Assembly: GCA_964591325.1 (NCBI GenBank)
Contig: CAZQAQ010000002.1
Coordinates: 9,892 to 61,318, forward strand
Source: an uncultured Candidatus Saccharibacteria bacterium
Lineage (GTDB): Bacteria > Patescibacteriota > Minisyncoccia > Phycocordibacterales > PALSA-1337
DNA length: 51,427 bases
Direction of reading: 5' to 3'
A model generated the notes under the pieces. That model was given only the letters and a program-made list of their open reading frames with translations. It ran no database searches and was not told the DNA's origin. Within the stretch, counting starts at the first letter, position 1. The number at the start of each line of letters is the position of its first letter. Positions 39,084 through 49,200 of this stretch are shown piece after piece. The position numbers were made by a program, and so were the translations under genes.

Positions 39084-40055
39084 ATGGCATTAATAGATGA
39101 ATTAAAGATCCACATAAAAGCTGGTAATGGTGGCGACGGCGTCGTTAGATGGTTACATGAAAAAAGTAGAGAATTTGCTGGACCTTCTGGGGGAAATGGA
39201 GGACGTGGTGGAGATGTTTATGTCAGAGCAATACGTGATCTAGCAATATTAAATAGATATAGAAATACAAAAGAATTTTCAGCCCCAAAGGGTGAAGATG
39301 GTTTTAGAGATAGTATGGATGGAAAAGAGGGTGAAGATTTGATAATAGATTTACCTATTGGATCAGTTATTACAGATATGAGAACCGAGAGAAAGGTTCA
39401 GTTACTTGAAGAAGGTAAACTTATAAAAATATTGAATGGTGGAGCTGGTGGTCGTGGTAATGAACATTTCAAGTCATCTACAAATACTACTCCTATGGAA
39501 TCTACTCCAGGTAAAGAAGGAGATGAGGCAGATTTTCTTATTGAACTTGAACTCGTAGCAGATGCCGGTCTTATAGGATTACCAAATGCTGGTAAATCAT
39601 CACTTTTAAATGCAATTACAAATGCAAATGCAAAAGTAGGAAATTATGCTTTCACTACACTTGAGCCAAACTTAGGTGCTCTACCTGGAGGATTTGTTAT
39701 AGCAGACATTCCTGGACTAATAGAAGGAGCTTCAGAAGGAAAGGGTCTTGGACATAAATTCTTAAGACATGTTAAAAGAACAAAAAGACTGTTCCATCTT
39801 GTTTCACTAGAAAATGAAGATGTTGTTTCAGTTTATAAAACTATAAGAAAAGAACTTGAATCTTTCGGACAAGATCTAGATAAAAAAGAAGAGACGTTAA
39901 TACTAACAAAAACTGATGCAGTATCGCCATCTGTTATAGAAGATGCAAAAAATAAACTTAGTGAATTTAATAAAGATATAATTGCAGTTAGTATACTAGA
40001 TGATGCTGCTATAAAGAGACTATCTTTTGACATAGTAGAGAGGTTGAGGAAGTAA
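39084..40055 (+). CDS. obg: GTPase Obg
   Basis: Gly-rich Obg fold (GNGGDGVV, GGNGGRGGDV, GGAGGRGN). G1 GLPNAGKSS, G3 DIPGLIEGA, G4 TKTD. Confidence 0.95.
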   Translation: MALIDELKIHIKAGNGGDGVVRWLHEKSREFAGPSGGNGGRGGDVYVRAIRDLAILNRYRNTKEFSAPKGEDGFRDSMDGKEGEDLIIDLPIGSVITDMRTERKVQLLEEGKLIKILNGGAGGRGNEHFKSSTNTTPMESTPGKEGDEADFLIELELVADAGLIGLPNAGKSSLLNAITNANAKVGNYAFTTLEPNLGALPGGFVIADIPGLIEGASEGKGLGHKFLRHVKRTKRLFHLVSLENEDVVSVYKTIRKELESFGQDLDKKEETLILTKTDAVSPSVIEDAKNKLSEFNKDIIAVSILDDAAIKRLSFDIVERLRK

Positions 40056-40078
40056 GATAAATAAAGTAGACTAAAGGA

Positions 40079-41521
40079 ATGAAAGAGTATATTCCTACAA
40101 TTGGACTAGAGATACATGCAGAATTGAAGACAAATTCAAAGATGTTTTGTGCATGTAAAAATGATCCAGATGAAGAAAAGCCAAATAAAAATATTTGCCC
40201 AGTGTGTATGGGGCATCCAGGTACATTGCCTGTTTTAAATAAAGAAGCAATAAAACATGTCATAAAAGTTGGTTATGCAGTAGGTGGAAATATAGCTGAT
40301 TTTACAGAATGGGATAGAAAGAATTATTTTTATCCTGATATACCAAAAGGCTATCAGATAAGTCAGTATAAATATCCGCTAGTAAGTGGTGGAAATATTG
40401 CTGGAGTAGATATAACTCGCATACATCTTGAAGAAGACACAGCTCAATCTACTCATGATTTACATGAAAAGAGCCTTGTTAATTTCAATAGAGCAGGTGT
40501 TCCACTAATGGAGCTTGTTACTGAACCGGTTATCCATGATGCGGATACAGCAGTTAAGTTCGCAAAGGATTTGCAACTTTTGCTTAGATATCTCGGAGTA
40601 GGGGAGGTAAATATGGAGAAAGGGGAGATGAGAGTAGAGGCAAATATATCTATTGCAAGTAAGTCTGATACAGAAAATAAGAAGTTCGGTACAAAAACCG
40701 AAGTAAAGAATTTAAACTCATTTAAGGTTGTTGAGAAGGCTATTTTATATGAAATAAAAAGACAAACAGAATTATTAAACAAAGGTGAAAAAGTAATACA
40801 AGAGACAAGAGGCTTCGATGAAAATACTGGTAAGACATATTCACAAAGAGTAAAAGAAAGTTCACATGACTATAGATATTTTCCTGATCCTGATATTCCA
40901 AAGATGAAGGTAAGTGAAATACCAGAGTTTGGAAAGGATATAGTTAAGAAAGACATGCCAGAATTGCCTTGGGAGAAAAGAGAGAGATTTACAAAAGATT
41001 TTGGAATGACTGAAAAAGAAGTTGCGGTTTTTGTTGATTCTCCAAAGATAGCAAAGTATTTTGAATCGGTAATAGATAAAAAAGAGAGTGATAAAAAGTT
41101 TGTTAAATTGGCATTAAACTATATTCTTTCAGACTATATAGGAATAATAAAAAAGGATACAAATGACATTGAAGCTAATATAGAAAAGATAAGTTCAAAT
41201 ACATTTTCTAAACTTATCGATATGATTATTTTAAATAAAATTTCATCTAGAGGTGCAAAAGATTTGCTTGCACTACTATATATAAATGATACAGATCCAG
41301 AAGTATTAGCAAACGAAAAAGGTCTTATACAAAAGAGTGATGAAGGAGAGATAAAGAATATTGTTGCCGGTATAATAAATGCAAACCCAAATGTAGTAAA
41401 TGACTATAAAAACGGTAAGATTTCGGCTTTACAGTACATAGTAGGGCAGGGTATGAAGGCCACAAAGGGAAGTGCTAACCCAGAAGTATTAAGAAAGATA
41501 ATTGAAGAAATGTTGAAATAG
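40079..41521 (+). CDS. gatB: Asp/Glu-tRNA amidotransferase subunit B
   Basis: IGLEIHAEL...KMFC.C, CPVCMGHPGTLP, EEDTAQS, NRAGVPLMELVTEP, and a C-terminal YqeY-like tail. Confidence 0.95.
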   Translation: MKEYIPTIGLEIHAELKTNSKMFCACKNDPDEEKPNKNICPVCMGHPGTLPVLNKEAIKHVIKVGYAVGGNIADFTEWDRKNYFYPDIPKGYQISQYKYPLVSGGNIAGVDITRIHLEEDTAQSTHDLHEKSLVNFNRAGVPLMELVTEPVIHDADTAVKFAKDLQLLLRYLGVGEVNMEKGEMRVEANISIASKSDTENKKFGTKTEVKNLNSFKVVEKAILYEIKRQTELLNKGEKVIQETRGFDENTGKTYSQRVKESSHDYRYFPDPDIPKMKVSEIPEFGKDIVKKDMPELPWEKRERFTKDFGMTEKEVAVFVDSPKIAKYFESVIDKKESDKKFVKLALNYILSDYIGIIKKDTNDIEANIEKISSNTFSKLIDMIILNKISSRGAKDLLALLYINDTDPEVLANEKGLIQKSDEGEIKNIVAGIINANPNVVNDYKNGKISALQYIVGQGMKATKGSANPEVLRKIIEEMLK

Positions 41522-41649
41522 GTACTCTATTGTGATAGTTTGATGAAGGAAAATTCCAATATTATCTCCGTATTTATTTAGCTATTATATAGTGAGTGCT
41601 ATATGAATTGTTAAATTAATACAAAAAAAGATGATATAGAAAGGTCATT

Positions 41650-42687
41650 GTGAATAATAGTGTTGGACTTAATAATTCGTTTCCGGTGTACAAGAACTCT
41701 TCACTTGTTCTTGAAACAATGTGGGGAAGTAGTCATAGGGCTGAAGAGGGATTTGAATATCCAGTGTATCTTAGGGAAAAGAAGAATATATACTGGCTTT
41801 TCATCTTCCTCTCGGTTGCTACGTTACTAGCTATTCTAGCGAGTGCGGTGATGGCGTTTGTGTACGTAGATGTTTTAGGTGAGACTGTATCAAAAGTTTT
41901 TTTTATCAGTATACTCTTTTATTTTGTTGCGTTTACTTTATGCATCCATGAAGTTTATGTTCTATACAATCTGCTTAAAAAGTATAGAGCTGATCTCGCA
42001 CTTTTAAGTTTGGTGTATGGAAACATACCCTTTGGAGCTAAGGCATACAATGAAATGAGTCGAGAAGAACTCCAATCTACACTCATGAATATCTTTTATT
42101 TTCATGTGATGAAATATCAGTTAGACATGAGTAATGAAGAGAATGAAAAGGAGCTAAATAAAATACTCAGCTTACTTAAAAGGTTTGGAATCATAAACTA
42201 TAATAGTGGAGTGGGGGAGTATATATTTCTCAGGCCGCTCAATCCAGATGAAGATATTTCAATAACTATAAAGGCTTCTTATCTTGAAGGCTCAATACGT
42301 ACTCTCGGTAAAATTTTACCTAATGAAATTTTAGCGATGGTAGGCAATTTTTATTTTATATCAGGTAATCCCGATAGGGTGATCGGATTGGAATTTTATG
42401 AAATTACAAAGCCAGTTAACCTAAAAGATGTGCATATGAGGGGGTTTAAACAGGATGAAGGTACTGCCATGTACTTCACACTTTGTTTATTAAAAAAGAA
42501 TCCTCACATTACAAGTGGTAAGTATGGAAAAGAGTTTTTGATTTGGGCAGCATCAATTTTTGGCACGCGATACTATATCGCCACACTAACTGAAGACGTT
42601 GTTCAAGGAAAGAATCAGGTTAGTGTAAAACCCTACTTTTTGCCAACAGTTAAAAAGGGGGTAAGGGTGGTCATAGTTAGTATATAA
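41650..42687 (+). CDS. Orphan membrane protein (2 TM plus a soluble domain of about 230 aa)
   Basis: GTG start with GAAAGG upstream. Two TM segments at residues 47-105. No motif recognised. A perfect terminator follows. Confidence 0.5.
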   Translation: MNNSVGLNNSFPVYKNSSLVLETMWGSSHRAEEGFEYPVYLREKKNIYWLFIFLSVATLLAILASAVMAFVYVDVLGETVSKVFFISILFYFVAFTLCIHEVYVLYNLLKKYRADLALLSLVYGNIPFGAKAYNEMSREELQSTLMNIFYFHVMKYQLDMSNEENEKELNKILSLLKRFGIINYNSGVGEYIFLRPLNPDEDISITIKASYLEGSIRTLGKILPNEILAMVGNFYFISGNPDRVIGLEFYEITKPVNLKDVHMRGFKQDEGTAMYFTLCLLKKNPHITSGKYGKEFLIWAASIFGTRYYIATLTEDVVQGKNQVSVKPYFLPTVKKGVRVVIVSI

Positions 42688-42692
42688 AACAA

Positions 42693-42727
42693 ACCGGTAT
42701 GCACACTGCATACCGGTAGTTTTTTAT
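42693..42727 (+). terminator. Rho-independent terminator
   Basis: ACCGGTATGCA-CAC-TGCATACCGGT (11-bp perfect stem) followed by AGTTTTTT. Confidence 0.85.
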
Positions 42728-42751
42728 TAAACACATTCCTCATAAGTCAGC

Positions 42752-43009
42752 TTAATCCATACTTTCATCTCCACCCAAAGACTTAACTATAAGCTTCCTA
42801 ACCTCACCCTTACTTGGCTTTCTTTTACCACGATTAGCCTCAATCTCAATAAGTATATTTTCTATATCTTCAACTTTATAAACCCTATAGTTACTTATAG
42901 GATGTCTGCTCGCTTCGAACTTTCCAGAGTTATCCCAGTTACGTAAAGTGAGGGGTGTTACTCCCAAAATCTTCGCTGCTTGCTTGATTGTTATGTATTT
43001 ATTTTGCAT
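42752..43009 (-). CDS. Excisionase/MerR-type (HTH_17-like) DNA-binding protein
   Basis: YITIKQAAKILGVTPLTLRNWDNSGK...YRVYKVEDI. 85 aa. Confidence 0.7.
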   Translation of the reverse strand: MQNKYITIKQAAKILGVTPLTLRNWDNSGKFEASRHPISNYRVYKVEDIENILIEIEANRGKRKPSKGEVRKLIVKSLGGDESMD

Positions 43010-44018
43010 ATATAAACTTTAATAAACCTTAATAAAGATTATATCAAATAGTATAAGATATTAATAATGAGTTATACACATTATCAAGGTTTTATAATAT
43101 AAAATAAAACCAGCAAAATAATTTAAATTACGAGGTTTATAGTAATTTGTTCATGATAAGATTGTCGAACAATTCTTGTATATATTCAAAATATTTTATT
43201 TTAACTATGTCTCTATTTGAGCTTAGGGAATAGTTTAATACTTCGCTCAAATGTCTGCATTTAATAAAAGATCGAGTTATATTTCCACATGTTTTATTTT
43301 GTTTATTCATAAAAGCGCTAATTGTACATATATAACTTCGTATTACTTGATTTAATCAGTTTAAATTGCTGGCACGTGCTTCTGTATACTTGTAGGGGCC
43401 TCAGTTTATATTCCTTTTAATAAACTAAATACATATTTTATATCACTATAAATATAAGTATCACTGCCATATATCTATATTAGCTAGGTATCAATAATGT
43501 ATTGAAACGCTTTAAATACAGACTTACATTATCTATACAATTTTATATGTAATTTTCCTTTTTATTATACGGCTAATATTCGTTATCTCGTGAACCCGAG
43601 ATGATATTTTAAGCCATTATTTTGTATATTGATTAAATGAGCGAGAAGGCTATATAGAGGTATATTTTGGGATATGAATTCACGTAATTTTGAGTAATTC
43701 TTATGTATTATGTTTATATGTTAATACTCAATTTAAGCTTATACCGATCTACATACTTACTATATTTAACTATATCTGTAATACCTAGAGCTTTTGATTT
43801 GCGTGTATGTGAATTTTATCGAGCTAAATCTACTTTTAATGTATGGATAGTTAAATTTTCTATTTGTATGATTGAAATCTAGTCGCGTCGCGTCATTTAT
43901 TTGATATATAAATATTTGTTAATTAAAATTTTGTTTTTTCTAATAGAAAGTATCAGACTTATCCACATTTTTATTGCAACAAATGACCCGAGATGGGTTA
44001 TAATTGTAATAAATAAAT

Positions 44019-45026
44019 ATGAAAGATAGTCTTATTTTTGAACATAAAAAATACATCTCGGCTAAACGAGCTTCTGAGCTTGTTGGTTACACTCGCGACT
44101 ATGTTGGTCAACTATCTAGAGAAGGAAAGATTGATAGCAGAATGTTTGGTCGTTCATGGTTCATTTCTGAAGAATCAATTTTGAGTCACAAAGCTCAAAA
44201 TGCTCTTAACAATAAAAAGAATGCAGAATTACTTTTGGCAAATAAGAAAAATGCTAAGACATCACAAATAGTTGAAACAACATCAAACCCAGTTATAGTA
44301 GTTTCAAATCCAATTCTTCCAGTTGTCAAATCAGTTCCATCACCACTAATTGATAAGAATATTTTTTCTGGAATTTCTGGAACTGTTTCAAACAATATTG
44401 TTAATCCAGTAAAGTCCGCAATAAATAATTCTCAAATTATTTCAGGTATGCCTCAACTTTCAGTTGCAGGTAGTTCTGTAAAATTCGGTCAGACAATAAA
44501 TTCAAAGTCTGGATCAATTGCGAATACTTCAAAACTTTATACAAAAGAAAATATAGCAATGGCATTTATGTCACTAGTTATAGTTTTTAATATTTTCTTT
44601 ATAAAGGATAATTTTATAAATAATTCAAATAAAAATGTTGCTGGTGTTTCAGAAGCATTGAGTATTGAATCAATAAAACATTTTGCTTCAACACTAGCAA
44701 GAGGATTTGGAATCATATCAGAAAGAATTGCAATGAGACTTAATCTAGGTGAAAAGTCTTATTCAGTTGTAAATTCGAAACCTGTTGTTGCAAAGAATGA
44801 TGACGCAAATGATGTTGGTTATGCTGGTATAGCAGTTCTACCATCAACAAATTCACTAGAAAAAGATGAGATTATAAAACAACATATAAAAGATACATTC
44901 TCTGATGAGGTGAATGTAAGACCGGACCCTTCAGGTAGTGCTGGGGTCATAACCCCGGTATTCAAGAAAGCAACGAAAGATAGTTATATATATGTTTTGG
45001 TTCCGACGGTTGAAGAGAAGAAGTAG
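44019..45026 (+). CDS. Membrane-anchored protein with an N-terminal excisionase/MerR-type HTH
   Basis: KYISAKRASELVGYTRDYVGQLSREGKIDSRMFGRSWFISEESI, then a Ser/Asn/Val-rich linker, one TM (IAMAFMSLVIVFNIFFI) and a C-terminal domain of about 140 aa. Confidence 0.6.
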   Translation: MKDSLIFEHKKYISAKRASELVGYTRDYVGQLSREGKIDSRMFGRSWFISEESILSHKAQNALNNKKNAELLLANKKNAKTSQIVETTSNPVIVVSNPILPVVKSVPSPLIDKNIFSGISGTVSNNIVNPVKSAINNSQIISGMPQLSVAGSSVKFGQTINSKSGSIANTSKLYTKENIAMAFMSLVIVFNIFFIKDNFINNSNKNVAGVSEALSIESIKHFASTLARGFGIISERIAMRLNLGEKSYSVVNSKPVVAKNDDANDVGYAGIAVLPSTNSLEKDEIIKQHIKDTFSDEVNVRPDPSGSAGVITPVFKKATKDSYIYVLVPTVEEKK

Positions 45027-45056
45027 AAGTAGAGGTTTGAGAGATTAAATAATAAA

Positions 45057-46256
45057 ATGAAAAATAACAATAGAGTACAAAATAATAAAGTAAATACAAC
45101 TATATCTAAAATAGTAGGTATTATTGTTTTGGTTTCTCTATTTACACCTATATATAGTGTGTTCGGTGAAGTTATGACAAGTGGAAATTACAGACTACAA
45201 AGTGATAGTTTAAATTTCTCTGGAAATAGATCAGGTTCATATTCATATAATATAGAAGACACACAAGGTGAAATAGGTACTGGTGAACAAGGAAGCAATA
45301 GCAATATAGTAAGAGCTGGATACCAACAAGCAGATACTGCTTCTGCAGGTTCTGCTTCAGAAAATGTATATAGCGGAGGAAGAGGTTCAGGTTCAGATAT
45401 AAATAATTCAGCAATAAATGTTATTGAATTTATTGCTATACCTCTTTCAAAATCAATATCATTAAACTGGTCATATCCAGCAGGTGTAGGTATAGAGTCT
45501 GTAAAAATAGTTCGTTCAGATAAATTCTATCCAGTAGATATGAATGATGGTGAAGTTATATTTGAAGGAGTTGGAACTGGTGCTATAGACAATGATGTTG
45601 TACCAGGTAAGACATATTATTATGCACTATTTACAAAGAATTCTTTGGGCGAATACTCATCTGGAGTTTTGGCAAAAGCTATTATATTAAAAGATGGTGA
45701 AAAGCCTTCTGATATAGAACTTGATCCTTTTGCAAATATCCCAAATGCTTTGGCGGTAGATAAATTGATACAAGGGTTAACACTTCTAGATTTTGATTTT
45801 ATACAAGATGGTAAATACATAGATCATACAGTAGGTATAGTTCCAATAGATGGAAAAAAGAATTTAACAATAAGTCTAGACTATAAAAAGGTTCCAGAAG
45901 TTCTAAAGACAATTGCTATCACTCTCGTAGATCCAGATGATAGTACAAAAATATTTACATTCTTGTTGAGAGTAAATAAAGATAAGACTGCTTATGAAGC
46001 TACAATAGCTCCATTAAAGAAGAGTGGAAATTACAAGATAAATATCATCATACTTGATTATAAGAATCAGGGATTAAAGAGAATAAGTGGTGATATCAAG
46101 GCCGTTGTTTTTGAAGGATTCCTAAAGGCAATTTCAAATATAGATATAAGAGAACATAAGAAATTATCACTAGGAATACTAATATCTATTATTGCTATCT
46201 TTATGATCCTTATAATAAAGATAAAGAATAAATTACAAGAAAAATATGAAATATAA
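45057..46256 (+). CDS. Bitopic surface protein with an FN3-like domain
   Basis: N-terminal anchor/signal and a SGNYRLQSDSLNFSG...YSYNIEDTQGEIGTGE...RAGYQQ motif. FN3-like stretch LNWSYP...VKIVRS...GKTYYYALFTKN. C-terminal TM. The 3' end overlaps the giant ORF start by 11 nt. Confidence 0.6.
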   Translation: MKNNNRVQNNKVNTTISKIVGIIVLVSLFTPIYSVFGEVMTSGNYRLQSDSLNFSGNRSGSYSYNIEDTQGEIGTGEQGSNSNIVRAGYQQADTASAGSASENVYSGGRGSGSDINNSAINVIEFIAIPLSKSISLNWSYPAGVGIESVKIVRSDKFYPVDMNDGEVIFEGVGTGAIDNDVVPGKTYYYALFTKNSLGEYSSGVLAKAIILKDGEKPSDIELDPFANIPNALAVDKLIQGLTLLDFDFIQDGKYIDHTVGIVPIDGKKNLTISLDYKKVPEVLKTIAITLVDPDDSTKIFTFLLRVNKDKTAYEATIAPLKKSGNYKINIIILDYKNQGLKRISGDIKAVVFEGFLKAISNIDIREHKKLSLGILISIIAIFMILIIKIKNKLQEKYEI

Positions 46257-49200
46257 TATTCAATACAAAGGAATATTGATTTTCATAGCAGTTATGACTG
46301 CAGTATTTGGACTATATGGTTTTAATTTCAATACTGCAAAAGCGGTTATAAATAAACAAATAAACTATCAAGGTAAGTTATTTACAGGAACAAATACTCC
46401 AGTTACTGACGGTGGATACAATGTAAAGTACAGACTATATACAACAGCAACTGGTGGAAGCCCAATATGGACAGAAACACTTTGTTATTCATCTGATAAT
46501 GGAAATACTTGTGATGGTACAGGTACAGACAATCGTGTTTCAGTATCAAATGGTTTGTTCAGTACAATGCTAGGAAGTGTAACTTCACTTGATGCAGTTA
46601 ATTTCAATCAAACACTTTACCTTGGAGTAGAGATCGGGGGAAATAGTGCTTCATCAGCTACTTGGGACGGAGAAATGACACCTAGAAAGAAAATAGGAGC
46701 AGTTCCAGCTGCCTTCGAAGCAGATAAACTAGATGGACTATCAAGTGAACAGTTTATAAGATCTGATGCTGACAATGCCACAACTTCATCATCAACTTTC
46801 TTGAATGTAATTCAAAATGGAGCAGGAAAGGTTGCAGAATTTATAGGACAAAGTTCAGCAAGTGTACTATCTATACTTTCTGATGGAAAGGTTGGTATCG
46901 GAACAACAACTCCTACTGATGTGCTTTCAGTAAATGGTCCTATATACCTTGCAAATACATCTCCAGTATCAACAGCAAATCGTATATATGCAAATGGCGG
47001 TAGTTTGTACTATGCTGGTAATCTAATCGGAGGTGCTACAGTTGGAAATTGGACAAGCAATGGTACAGATGTTTGGAGACCAACTGGAAATGTCGGTATT
47101 GGTACTTCATCACCTGGGCAACTATTAGAAGTCTATAGTAATTCAACAAATCCGGTTATAAAAATAAGTAACGGTCTTTCTGGTAGTTTTCCAGTAATAC
47201 AGCTTGCTGACACAAGAACAAATGGACATACATGGAATATTGAATCCGGTAGGACATTAGGGCAACTTAGCTTCAGAGATGGAACTGCTGCTGTAGAAAG
47301 GATGACTATAAATGGTGATGGTAATGTTGGTATCGGTACAACATCCCCATACGCAAAACTTTCTGTAACATCAACATCAGTTGCTTCTACAACTCTAGCT
47401 CTACGTTCTGTATCATCACAGACCGCTAATCTACTGGATCTATTTAATGGATCAGGATCTTTAGTGAGTGTAATAAATACTTCAGGATTTATTGGTTTGG
47501 GTTCAACTACTCCAACAGGTATGCTAACTATCACAAATACAGGAACAACATATCCTTCATTTGTAGTTGAGGATAGTGCATCACCCGATGCATCTCCTTT
47601 CTTGATTGATAACGCTGGATTGGTTGGTATCGGTACTTCAACTCCAGATACACAACTTACAATAGCAGGTGGTTCAGCAGTAGACAAAGATGCAATATCT
47701 ATTTCTGGTTTCAATGGTAGTAACACAGAAAAAACTATGATAAGGATGATGAACGGAAATAGAAACTACACCTGGGGTTTAAGATTTGGTGCGGCAAGAG
47801 ATGTTTCTACAACTGGAGGTGCAACTGCAGGTGATGCTTTTGTTGTAAATACAAAAACAAATGGTGGTACAGAAACAGAAAGATTTAGAATTAGTAAAGA
47901 TGGGGATGTGGGAATTGGTACAACAGCACCACTGGCTCGTCTAGATGTTGTTGGAGCAAGTAGTGGAACAAGACCAATATTCCAAGTTTCAAGTCTTTCA
48001 GGTTTTTCTACAACTACAAGATTTGTAGTTGATGGTAGTGGAAATGTGGGAATTGGAACAAGTTCACCCGCTACTAAGCTTGAGGTTTCTACTGGAACAA
48101 ACCAAGCCACTCTTATTGGTGACCAGACCTCTTACGCAGCAGCAGGTCTTGGTTTGAGTAATGTTTCAAGCGGTATCGGATTTCGTAGATCTACCGATGG
48201 GATTGTTTCTACTGGAATGTTCAATTATAACGATACCGGAGGTGTTCCTGATTTGGGATTTAGAGCTCGCGGAGGATTCGGATTCTTTAATGGGGCAAGT
48301 GGTACACAGAATATGACATTAACCTCAGCGGGCAACGTTGGTATTGGATCAACAACACCGCTTGCTCAGCTATCAGTCGGAGGTAATTCAACTTCAAATA
48401 CTCTATTTGCTCTAGACGCTCTATCAGGACAAACACAACCAATACTAGATGTAAAACTAGCAAGTACATCGAAGTTTATGGTTGATAGTAGTGGAAATGT
48501 GGGAATTGGCACAACTACTCCAACAGCTCTACTATCAATCACTACACCTAATGCCGGAACAGGACAAGCACTACAGTCATGGTCATTTGGTGGTTCAACT
48601 GCAAACAGCACAAACTATAATCTAGCTATGAAGCAGGTAGTGACTTCAGGTGTTGTTGCTTGGGTATTTGATCAGAAGAATAACGGTACATCATATTCAA
48701 ATGTACTTGCATTCGATAGAGGTAATATCGGTATCGGCACCACCTCTCCAGGTCAGAAACTCTCAGTAGCAGGGGATATCCTCGGTAATGCATTTATCGG
48801 TTCATACTTCACCGCAACTTCAACTACACAAGCCTCCACATTCCCATATGCTTCTACGACCGGATTCACTTCGAGCGGCAATACATTCCTTGCAACAGTA
48901 GGCGGAAGTGTAAGTATAGGTACAACCACTTCAAGTCTCGCAACTCTTAACATCCAGGCCTCTGGAGGAGCGTCCATCAATCTTAACAACTCTTCAACTG
49001 CTATTACTACGGGAAATATCCTCGGTAATATCGATGCATACTCTCTTGATACTTCAACAGGCATGGCAGGTCTCTTCGGTCGCATCCGCTTTGCCGCAAC
49101 GACACTTTGGGATGGTACACAAGACGATGGAGCTGATATTATCTTCTCCACAAGGACTGTTGCGGATGCAACATCAACTCCGCTTGATCGTATGGTCATT

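Noticed and set aside
9874-41521. Separation of gatCA (9.9-11.6 kb) from gatB (40.1-41.5 kb) as an anomaly
   Set aside because: Split gatCAB organisation is common in bacteria, and all three genes look intact.
43010-44018. Calling this region the chromosomal origin of replication
   Set aside because: It has only one perfect and two imperfect DnaA boxes, and no dnaA, dnaN or gidA-type neighbours. It is kept as a hypothesis in the findings but is not annotated as oriC.
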